Positions 1 to 6,980 of a stretch of 64,000 nucleotides of DNA are shown in pieces. Positions within the stretch are counted from its first letter, which is position 1. Every line of letters begins with the position of its first letter. The position numbers were made by a program, and so were the translations under genes. The notes under the pieces are model-generated. The model saw only the letters and a program-made list of their open reading frames with translations, was not told where the DNA came from and did not search any database. Origin of the DNA: a virus; the IMG/VR virus record IMGVR_UViG_3300027741_000025, positions 1 to 64,000 of that record. One strand, written 5' to 3'.

Positions 1-245
1 ACACCTACCAAGACACCAGTACCTACACCTACCAAGACACCAGTACCTACACCTACCAAGACACCAGTACCTACACCTACCAAGACACCAGTACCTACAC
101 CTACCAAGACACCAGTACCAACCAAGACACCAACTCGAACTCCAACAAAGACACCAACTCCAACAAAGACACCAACTCCAACAAAGACACCAACTCCAAC
201 CAAGACACCAACTCCAACAAAGACTCCAACTCCAACAAAGACACC
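1..245 (+). repeat. Coding tandem repeats (24-nt, then 18-nt units)
   Basis: ACACCTACCAAGACACCAGTACCT x5, then ACTCCAACAAAGACACCA-type units. Confidence 0.9.
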
Positions 246-288
246 AGCCGCCACACCTCTTAGAACTCTACCTCCCATAGTGTATTAA
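1..288 (+). CDS. 3' end of a Pro/Thr-repeat protein (partial, starts before the window)
   Basis: Frame 1 is open from base 1: (TPTKTPVP)x5 then TPTK-type repeats, ending ...[13 protein letters not shown] at 286-288. Confidence 0.85.
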   Translation, partial: TPTKTPVPTPTKTPVPTPTKTPVPTPTKTPVPTPTKTPVPTKTPTRTPTKTPTPTKTPTPTKTPTPTKTPTPTKTPTPTKTPAATPLRTLPPIVY

Positions 289-291
289 CTT

Positions 292-702
292 ATGAAACTA
301 TATTTCAAACAATACATTAATGAAGGTATCGAAATAGACACGCCAGAAGCCAAAGAATTAAGAAAACTTGTAGATAGTGGTGAATACCGATCTGGTGATT
401 GTTATGTTTGCTCAAGACGCTTTGCAATGAAGATAAATGGAGATTATGTAGAAGGTGTTTTAATGGGAGGATATCCCAAAAGACCGATTCTTCATGCGTG
501 GGTGGAAAAAGATGGTTTTGTTTATGATCCTACAACACCAGAAGCACTATCCAAAGAAGAATATTACAAAATATATAATGCCAAATCCCATTATAAATCA
601 GATGGAGTTAAAGCAACTTTAAAATCATCACGGGAAAATAAACCAGGACCAGTGGGAGAAGTTCCAGAGCGATTTGAGTTTAAAGATGGTGTGTGGAAGT
701 AA
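292..702 (+). CDS. Putative internal head protein, papain/transglutaminase-like fold
   Basis: N-terminus MKLYFKQYINE; GDCY, HAWVE and YDPT motifs give a Cys-His-acid order. Confidence 0.55.
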   Translation: MKLYFKQYINEGIEIDTPEAKELRKLVDSGEYRSGDCYVCSRRFAMKINGDYVEGVLMGGYPKRPILHAWVEKDGFVYDPTTPEALSKEEYYKIYNAKSHYKSDGVKATLKSSRENKPGPVGEVPERFEFKDGVWK

Positions 703-704
703 AC

Positions 705-1004
705 TTACATTGAAAATTTATCTTCAAAAGAATCTAAAATCTTAGGCTTAACTTTATTTTTATTTTCAGGTTTATTTGTAATTTTTGCGGCAGCTGACGC
801 AGGCTGATTAACCGGATTATTGTTGTTTTTTGTAATCAATTTGTCTGAGCACTTGCACCCTCTGCACTTGCAATTTTTGCAACTACATTTCGAACAGTCT
901 TTCAGCTTAGAACAAGGAAAGCAACGACATTCACAAGGAATTTCATTGATTATATCTTTGTTTTTTGTGTACTTATTTTCCATCCAATTTTTGAAACTTT
1001 TCAT
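705..1004 (-). CDS. Cys-rich (metallothionein-like) small protein with N-terminal tag
   Basis: Start at MKSFKNWME after GAGG; 11 Cys in CECRCFPCSKLKDCSKCSCKNCKCRGCKC. Confidence 0.65.
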   Translation of the reverse strand: MKSFKNWMENKYTKNKDIINEIPCECRCFPCSKLKDCSKCSCKNCKCRGCKCSDKLITKNNNNPVNQPASAAAKITNKPENKNKVKPKILDSFEDKFSM

Positions 1005-1044
1005 AATTTTAATCCTCAACTAATAAATACCTGATAAGGTATAT

Positions 1045-1275
1045 ATGAAAAAATTTAAAAAATGGCTGGCAGAAAATAAAGAAAATAAACCAACTATAGC
1101 TTATGGTGGATTCTTCAAAGACGGCAGAGTAATTGTTTATGTAGACGGAAAAAGATACGAATACGTAACAGATGCTGTTTACCATGAAAGATGGAAACGA
1201 AGAATACTCAGAGAACCATTTAAAGTATTAAACGAAATTAAAAAGGTAGCTATTAAGCAACCGGGAGAAGAATAA
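1045..1275 (+). CDS. Small hypothetical protein with N-terminal tag
   Basis: MKKFKKWLAE start; upstream TAAATA and AAGGT. Confidence 0.75.
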   Translation: MKKFKKWLAENKENKPTIAYGGFFKDGRVIVYVDGKRYEYVTDAVYHERWKRRILREPFKVLNEIKKVAIKQPGEE

Positions 1276-1277
1276 AC

Positions 1278-1610
1278 TTATTTTTTCCATGTTTTTTCTG
1301 CTCTAAGCAGACTATCTACATCTTTGTCAAATTGTTCCATTCCTTTGAAAACATATTTTTTCACCTGAGCTAATGTTTTGAAGGTTTTTATAATTTCGGA
1401 TGGTTTCATCTCATATACAGCAGTTGCAGGTTCTGCTCCATATTGAGACATCATCTTCTTATCATCCAAAACTTTTCTACAGATTTCATATGACGAATCT
1501 GCTAAAGCTATTTCTTTTGGAGTCGCCTTTGAAGCCCATCCTGGGTAATACTTTTTTGTATGGCTTTGTATGTTTTCTTTATTTTCACGCCACTCATGGA
1601 AACTCTTCAT
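1278..1610 (-). CDS. Small hypothetical protein with N-terminal tag
   Basis: MKSFHEWRE start; GGGAG upstream. Confidence 0.75.
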   Translation of the reverse strand: MKSFHEWRENKENIQSHTKKYYPGWASKATPKEIALADSSYEICRKVLDDKKMMSQYGAEPATAVYEMKPSEIIKTFKTLAQVKKYVFKGMEQFDKDVDSLLRAEKTWKK

Positions 1611-1646
1611 AATAATTTTCTCCCTGTAAGATAACTTATCTATACT

Positions 1647-2060
1647 TCAAAAGCCTATTTTCTCTACCTTATTAACATCTTTGTTTTTGCGTAAACTCTC
1701 AATAAAAGACTTAACATTCCATAGTTTATCTATTTTAACTTCATAAGAGCTATCACCATTTTGTTTAACGCTAACTACATTTCCGCCATTGGCTGAAACT
1801 ATATCTGAAATGGCTTCTATGTTGTTGGTATCCAAAACAATTATAATATTTTTATCAGAAAAAGCATTATATGAAACACCAACAATTAAAAATAAACAGA
1901 AGGCTAGTGCAAAAGCAGCAGGTCTAAACCAATTAATAGAAGGAGCCACAGGCTCAACTATTCGTCCCATATCAACAACAAGACCGTCATCTGTGGAACC
2001 ACTCTTTCGTAGAGAATCCATGTATCCAGGCAGGTTTTCAAGGCTCATTGGAGGTTTCAT
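1647..2060 (-). CDS. Single-pass membrane protein
   Basis: Start reassigned to MKPPMSLE (ATGA overlap with upstream stop); hydrophobic segment PAAFALAFCLFLIVGV. Confidence 0.7.
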   Translation of the reverse strand: MKPPMSLENLPGYMDSLRKSGSTDDGLVVDMGRIVEPVAPSINWFRPAAFALAFCLFLIVGVSYNAFSDKNIIIVLDTNNIEAISDIVSANGGNVVSVKQNGDSSYEVKIDKLWNVKSFIESLRKNKDVNKVEKIGF

Positions 2061-2603
2061 AGCATTTTGGCGTCTGGAGGATTTTGCTTCCATCCAAATC
2101 CTTTTTCACCTTCGGAGGGTTTACTAACAGCCCATTTATTTTTGGGAACATCATGCTTCTTTATTAAAGAATCTAACATATCCTTAACTTCAGACGATAC
2201 TCTGTTGTCTTTTTTATCAACAGCAGTATCGGTTACTGGTTGATAGAAATAAATATCTTTTCTTATTTTTATGAAATAAATATCACCTAATTTTAAATAC
2301 ATAGAACCCATTTGAGGATCAATTAAACCAACGCCAGTAGAGCGAGCATAATTTCTTAAAACATCTACCATTGCAGGATTGTTTGTCTTTGGAAATTTTC
2401 TTATTGTTAAGTCTGGTGAACTTACTAACTTTATAACTTCTGATTCACCACTGTTGGCTGAGGACAAATTTTGATTATCATCCGGATTATCGAAATGAAA
2501 AAAAAATTCATTTTTACTGGTTAGCCATTCATTAAAACTTTTCATAATCTTCCTTTCAATCATAGTATACAGGCAGAATTTCAAGGCTCATTGGGGGTTT
2601 CAT
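2022..2603. repeat. 39-bp direct repeat (2022-2060 and 2565-2603) flanking the 2057..2545 gene
   Basis: GTATCCAGGCAGGTTTTCAAGGCTCATTGGAGGTTTCAT vs GTATACAGGCAGAATTTCAAGGCTCATTGGGGGTTTCAT, 35/39 identical. Confidence 0.9.
2057..2545 (-). CDS. Tagged hypothetical protein, paralog of 2931..3332
   Basis: MKSFNEWLTSKNE start; shares ESEVIKLVSSPDLTIRKFPKTNNPAM with its paralog. Confidence 0.8.
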   Translation of the reverse strand: MKSFNEWLTSKNEFFFHFDNPDDNQNLSSANSGESEVIKLVSSPDLTIRKFPKTNNPAMVDVLRNYARSTGVGLIDPQMGSMYLKLGDIYFIKIRKDIYFYQPVTDTAVDKKDNRVSSEVKDMLDSLIKKHDVPKNKWAVSKPSEGEKGFGWKQNPPDAKML

Positions 2604-2920
2604 TTTATATTTATATCCCCATGGTAGTTAAGATTTTCAATAGCTTTTTGTAGTGCTTCCCATCGAGCTTTACTAGGGCTGTTTCCCATTCCCCGTAACT
2701 TCTGATTAGTCCATTTCCATAAGTTGTTAGAAAGATCTTCGCCACGTTTTTCAAACTCCCATTCTTCTCTGGCTTTTTTTCTGCGAGCCTCCCAGTCGTC
2801 TTCGGTTGGATTCTGGGCAGTCATCCGAGAAGTGTTTTGTGGTATCGCCCAATCACCGCTGTATGGCACTTCGCTATCTTGCTCGCGCAGTCTCTGAATC
2901 CAATTATTAAAACTTTTCAT
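2600..2920 (-). CDS. Tagged hypothetical protein
   Basis: MKSFNNWIQRLRE start; same TGAAAGRAAGATT leader as its neighbour. Confidence 0.75.
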   Translation of the reverse strand: MKSFNNWIQRLREQDSEVPYSGDWAIPQNTSRMTAQNPTEDDWEARRKKAREEWEFEKRGEDLSNNLWKWTNQKLRGMGNSPSKARWEALQKAIENLNYHGDINIK

Positions 2921-2930
2921 AATCTTTCTT

Positions 2931-3332
2931 TCAGTCATGATGCTTTATTAAAGAAACCACCATATCTTTGATTTCGGGCGATACAAATCGATCTTCTTTG
3001 TCAACCAGAGTATCAGTTTCTGGGTGATAAAAATAAATATTATCTCTTGTTTTTACAAAATAAATATCGCCTCTCTTAAGATACCCAGAACCCATTTTGG
3101 GATCAATTAAACTAACTTTTGTCTGGCGAGCATAATTTCTCAAAACATCTGCCATTGCAGGATTGTTTGTCTTTGGAAATTTTCTTATTGTTAAGTCTGG
3201 GGAACTTACCAGTTTTATAACTTCTGATTCATTGCCGTTAGTTGAGGACAAATTTTTATTATCAGTATAACTCGGATTATCAAAATGAAAAAATTCATTT
3301 TTAATACTTAGCCATTCATTAAAACTTTTCAT
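2931..3332 (-). CDS. Tagged hypothetical protein, paralog of 2057..2545
   Basis: MKSFNEWLSIKNE start; AAGGA upstream; clear paralogy. Confidence 0.8.
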   Translation of the reverse strand: MKSFNEWLSIKNEFFHFDNPSYTDNKNLSSTNGNESEVIKLVSSPDLTIRKFPKTNNPAMADVLRNYARQTKVSLIDPKMGSGYLKRGDIYFVKTRDNIYFYHPETDTLVDKEDRFVSPEIKDMVVSLIKHHD

Positions 3333-3394
3333 GTCATTCCTTTCAAGATAAACTATATATGCTCAAAAATAACATTTTTTTCCCTATATATTAT

Positions 3395-4339
3395 ATGAAA
3401 TTTTATCAATTAGACCAAAAAATACAAGAAAATAATAACTTTAAATTAGCAGCAAAGTATATTATTGAAAACAATATAAATCTTAATGAATTCCTAGACA
3501 ACATATTGATTGTATTAAGTGAAAGTGAAGAGAATCCAGGATTCTTTCAAAGAATAGGGCGAAACATTTCAAACATGTGGAATAACTTCAGGGGAAATCC
3601 ATATGATGTTGAAAGTGTAACAAAAGCTTTACAAAAAGTAACTCAGTTTTTAAGTGGAAACGAACAATTAAAAAAAACTTATATCGATGAAATAAACTCT
3701 TTGGCAAATGTTGTCAAAAACATACAAGCAAAAAGTAAACCAGTAACACAAGGATCATCAGAAAAGTCAGAACCAAGCTCAGAAGCTCCAAAAAACGAAG
3801 AAGAATTGATACAAGGTTATATGAAAAGGCTCACTTATGGAAAGCCAATCGAGTCAATACAGGGCGGTCCTCACGAAAAATCAACTCGTCTTTATGCCGA
3901 AGTTTTGGCAAAACAAGATCCTCAGGAAGTTGAAAATACAAAAAACAAGTTAATTCAGGATTTGAAAGATAAAGTTGCTATGGTTGAGAAACTTGATCCA
4001 AGATCGAAACAAATTTTCGGACATGCTGAAATAAAAAAAGTTCTTGATCATGAAACCTGGGCTGTTTGGGATATTGGCAAACAATTGTATATGATGCAAA
4101 ATCCTTCAAAAAGTGGAGAAGGATATACTGTGGGAAATCCATTAAAAGATAAAAATATACAAGAAGATATAACAGACAGAATGGTAGGATGGGCAATAAC
4201 ACTAGGGGGGAGGATGGATCAAAACAATCCGTCAGTAATATCACCCAAACCTATTTATAGTAGCTTAAGATTAACAGAAATTGGTAGACAAGTTGTTCGC
4301 TCTGCAAAAAGCGGAGGCATTGATTTTCAAGATGAATAG
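3395..4339 (+). CDS. Putative internal/ejected protein; N-terminal domain homologous to 20547..21131
   Basis: Start reassigned to MKFYQLDQKIQE; AA..[IM][IV]E..I....F pattern followed by an amphipathic GFF helix. Confidence 0.7.
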   Translation: MKFYQLDQKIQENNNFKLAAKYIIENNINLNEFLDNILIVLSESEENPGFFQRIGRNISNMWNNFRGNPYDVESVTKALQKVTQFLSGNEQLKKTYIDEINSLANVVKNIQAKSKPVTQGSSEKSEPSSEAPKNEEELIQGYMKRLTYGKPIESIQGGPHEKSTRLYAEVLAKQDPQEVENTKNKLIQDLKDKVAMVEKLDPRSKQIFGHAEIKKVLDHETWAVWDIGKQLYMMQNPSKSGEGYTVGNPLKDKNIQEDITDRMVGWAITLGGRMDQNNPSVISPKPIYSSLRLTEIGRQVVRSAKSGGIDFQDE

Positions 4340-4344
4340 TACAT

Positions 4345-4449
4345 CTATACCAACCCCTTCTTAATTTTTTCTATAAATATATTCATGTTTTTCTTGTTGT
4401 AAACGTGACCAAAAAGATTCATCTCGGTCCAGACTTCAAAGGGGATGTT
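4345..4449 (-). pseudogene. 3' remnant of a TnsA-like endonuclease gene (copy 1 of a 98-bp direct repeat)
   Basis: Translates NIPFEVWTEMNLFGHVYNKKNMNIFIEKIKKGLV*; FxVxTE resembles the end of the TnsA N-terminal domain. Confidence 0.55.
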
Positions 4450-4454
4450 ACAAC

Positions 4455-5141
4455 TTACCATTTTGGAGATCTTACTTTTGAGTTAGGTCCACCTAAATCA
4501 AAAATCACATAGGTGCCGTTTTCCCTTTTTCCTATATTTCCTGGATGGAAATCATCAATTGCTACTCCTGATTTTTTTACATCTTTTATTATTTTATCAA
4601 AATTGAATTTATTTTTAAGAATTGAAACAGCGTTTTGATAAATTTTATTTTCTGGATTTGATTCTTCAATTTGATCCCAAGACATTGTCATAAATGGATA
4701 AGTATAATTCATACTTTCGGGCAGGTCTTCCGAAACAGTATCGATTGCTTCATAATAAGTTTTAGATTCTAGTGCATCTATTGGATATATTCTTTCTTGA
4801 ACAATTATTCCAAAATTTCCATTATTCCATCTATCCCATTTTGGAACTTCGTATGTAAAATTTATTACTTTATATATTCTACACATGTAATTGTATTGTT
4901 TATTTTCTAAGTGTTTGGATATCCATAATTCATTTGCATCATATGTTGCTTTTAAAACTTCTCCATTTTGTAATAAATATGCTTCTCCGTTATCCCCTCT
5001 TCCTAATAATTTTATATTTTCTATATTTATTCCTTTTTCATTGAGAAGATTTTTATACTCATTTAATAGAATTTTGATTCTGAGGTGGTAGTTTGCCCTT
5101 GGATCATCCTCGTTTAATAACCAATTTTTAAAACTTTTCAT
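4455..5141 (-). CDS. Protein kinase-like protein with N-terminal tag
   Basis: LGRGDNGEAY Gly loop, VLK, DFHPGN catalytic loop, FDLG; start MKSFKNWLLNE. Confidence 0.8.
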   Translation of the reverse strand: MKSFKNWLLNEDDPRANYHLRIKILLNEYKNLLNEKGINIENIKLLGRGDNGEAYLLQNGEVLKATYDANELWISKHLENKQYNYMCRIYKVINFTYEVPKWDRWNNGNFGIIVQERIYPIDALESKTYYEAIDTVSEDLPESMNYTYPFMTMSWDQIEESNPENKIYQNAVSILKNKFNFDKIIKDVKKSGVAIDDFHPGNIGKRENGTYVIFDLGGPNSKVRSPKW

Positions 5142-5148
5142 AACATAT

Positions 5149-5253
5149 TTACACAAACCCCTTCTTAATTTTTTCTATAAATCTGTTCATGTTTTTCTTG
5201 TTGTAAACATGACCAAAAAGATTCATCTCGGTCCAGACTTCAAAGGGGATGTT
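5149..5253 (-). pseudogene. 3' remnant of a TnsA-like endonuclease gene (copy 2 of the 98-bp direct repeat)
   Basis: NIPFEVWTEMNLFGHVYNKKNMNRFIEKIKKGFV*; 95/98 identical to 4352-4449; in-frame stop just upstream. Confidence 0.55.
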
Positions 5254-5261
5254 TAATTTGA

Positions 5262-5357
5262 CTCAGATGGAGCTGGTGCGAAAAGACAAATAAAATTATT
5301 GTTTAAATATTAAGAAATAATTTTAAAGTTATCCTTCGAGAAGGAGCGAAATTTTAT
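5262..5357. other. Two synonymously recoded capsid-gene fragments around an AT-rich hairpin (candidate guide/antisense RNA or operator sites)
   Basis: 5262-5282(-) encodes FAPAPSE, matching MCP 7275-7295; 5334-5357(+) encodes LREGAKFY, matching MCP 7014-7037; all mismatches synonymous; inverted repeat at 5291-5325. Confidence 0.75.
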
Positions 5358-6484
5358 GTGGATTTTAATTCGGATTGTTTGATTTTATATCTTTCTTTGT
5401 GCCTCAAAGATTCACAGTTTTTGCACTTATCTCTATAGCCATCGCGCCTAGATTTGTCTTTACTAAAAAGATCAAGAAGTTTTATTTCGTTACACTTTTT
5501 ACATTGCTTTTTGCCTTCCTTTTCGTAAGGATTTTCTTTAATCAAATGCGGCTTAGGTTTACTTCCTGATATGTGTCCACCTTCTTTTTCGCAGATGTAT
5601 CTTCCATTTCTTTTGATGTTTTTATCGTAGCTTTTCCTTAAAACAGAGTGATTTTCTTTACAATATTCACAATAAACATTAACTTTATCTAAAGCTATTT
5701 TTTCATGGTAGTGTTTTTTGGCTTTTTTTCTATTATTTTCTCTCCTATATTCATGATAATCAATTCCTGTGTTTTTTGTTCTGTAATCATCTGCCCATAT
5801 TCGAATCTGATTATAGTTCATTCCTAAATCATCTTCTGTCATTAATTTAAAGAGCCAATTATTCTTGAGAGCATATTCTTTGCTGTCTTCTATTTGATTT
5901 TTAAACTCATCCACTCTCTGCTTAGGTTTCATTTCAATTGCTTTTTTCTCGCCACTTTTATAAGTCACAAGACAGTCCAGACACCTACCTCTTCCGTTTA
6001 TTTGAAATCCTAATTGAGTTTCGAAATCCAATACTGTTTCATCTGAATCCAATATCCAGCAAAGTCTAAGTTCATAAGAAGAATCATACGAAAGCTTTCT
6101 GCCCGTTTTTTTAGATTCAAATACTCCTCTTCTTTTAGACTTATCATATTTATGTACAGAATGGTTTTCCGCTGTCATCACAGAGAGTTTATTCTTAAGT
6201 TTCTTTCCTTCCTCAGTAAGGTAAAAAGCTATTTTTGCTTCTGCCATTTTTCTGCATGTTTCTGGCGAACGTTTATAAGATGTGGATTCTGATATTCTTT
6301 TTTTTCCCTCCTTGGTGTAACAACAAGTTCTGCATTTGAATGTTCCATGATTTTTTATATTTCTGGCGGCTGAGTCTTTGTTTGTTGACATTTGATTTTT
6401 GCAGCCTTCAACACCGCAAAACATAGAGATTTTGTCTCTAAAACCATATTTTTTGTATTTAATTTCAAATTCTTCGATATTCAT
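5354..6484 (-). CDS. TnsA-like PD-(D/E)XK endonuclease with Zn fingers and a NUMOD3-like motif (putative free-standing homing endonuclease)
   Basis: GxFxSKK..YDSSYE..LD....E..LDCLV...IEMKP..FKLMTE; several CxxC pairs; C-terminal CKKC..F..D..R.DG....CKNC. Confidence 0.75.
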   Translation of the reverse strand: MNIEEFEIKYKKYGFRDKISMFCGVEGCKNQMSTNKDSAARNIKNHGTFKCRTCCYTKEGKKRISESTSYKRSPETCRKMAEAKIAFYLTEEGKKLKNKLSVMTAENHSVHKYDKSKRRGVFESKKTGRKLSYDSSYELRLCWILDSDETVLDFETQLGFQINGRGRCLDCLVTYKSGEKKAIEMKPKQRVDEFKNQIEDSKEYALKNNWLFKLMTEDDLGMNYNQIRIWADDYRTKNTGIDYHEYRRENNRKKAKKHYHEKIALDKVNVYCEYCKENHSVLRKSYDKNIKRNGRYICEKEGGHISGSKPKPHLIKENPYEKEGKKQCKKCNEIKLLDLFSKDKSRRDGYRDKCKNCESLRHKERYKIKQSELKST

Positions 6485-6846
6485 TTGTTTTGCTTTTTCT
6501 CTTCGAATGTGTTCTTCATCGACTCTGATATTTTTTGTTTTTTCTCCTCTGACGATTTCGGCATCTTCAAGCCCTTATTCCATCCTGCCGAGTATCCAAA
6601 AATGAGATTATTCTCCCAGATTTCAGGATGATCTTTCATAAATTGACTCTTTTTATTAATAACATCTTCGGTTTGAATGGCTTTTATAGCCTTGGAAAGT
6701 TTCGCGCGACACTCTAAAGTTTTTTCTTTACCTATCTGACAACAACTTTTACATATCTTTAAAAATGGAGGCTCATTCTTCATCCATTTCTTTTTAGCCT
6801 TAACAGTTCTTTCCTCACCACATTCAGGACATTTAATTTGATACAT
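6481..6846 (-). CDS. Zn-ribbon plus NUMOD3-type DNA-binding protein
   Basis: CPECG, CKSCC, WNKG..SEEKKQKISESMK; AAGGAG before ATG 6846; ATGA-coupled to the nuclease. Confidence 0.7.
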   Translation of the reverse strand: MYQIKCPECGEERTVKAKKKWMKNEPPFLKICKSCCQIGKEKTLECRAKLSKAIKAIQTEDVINKKSQFMKDHPEIWENNLIFGYSAGWNKGLKMPKSSEEKKQKISESMKNTFEEKKQNK

Positions 6847-6865
6847 ATTTTTCTCCTTCACTAAT

Positions 6866-6894
6866 ATATTACCATTAAGTCAAATTCCACGCAA
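6866..6894 (-). promoter_or_regulatory. Possible sigma70 promoter for the nuclease cassette
   Basis: TTGCGT-N17-TAATAT with TG extension. Confidence 0.4.
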
Positions 6895-6920
6895 TAGAAT
6901 TTTGATCTGAGGTTATACAA

Positions 6921-6958
6921 TAAAAAAACCCCGTGGTCTTTCGACCACAGGGTTTTTG
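6921..6958 (-). terminator. Intrinsic terminator after the major capsid gene
   Basis: AACCCTGTGGTC-GAAA-GACCACGGGGTT followed by a T run. Confidence 0.9.
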
Positions 6959-6980
6959 TTTTGCAAATTATAGTGTAAAA

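Noticed and set aside
4352-5253. 98-bp repeat pair as a DGR template/variable repeat
   Set aside because: The three differences are not one-directional A-to-N changes, there is no reverse transcriptase in the window, and neither copy ends an intact target gene
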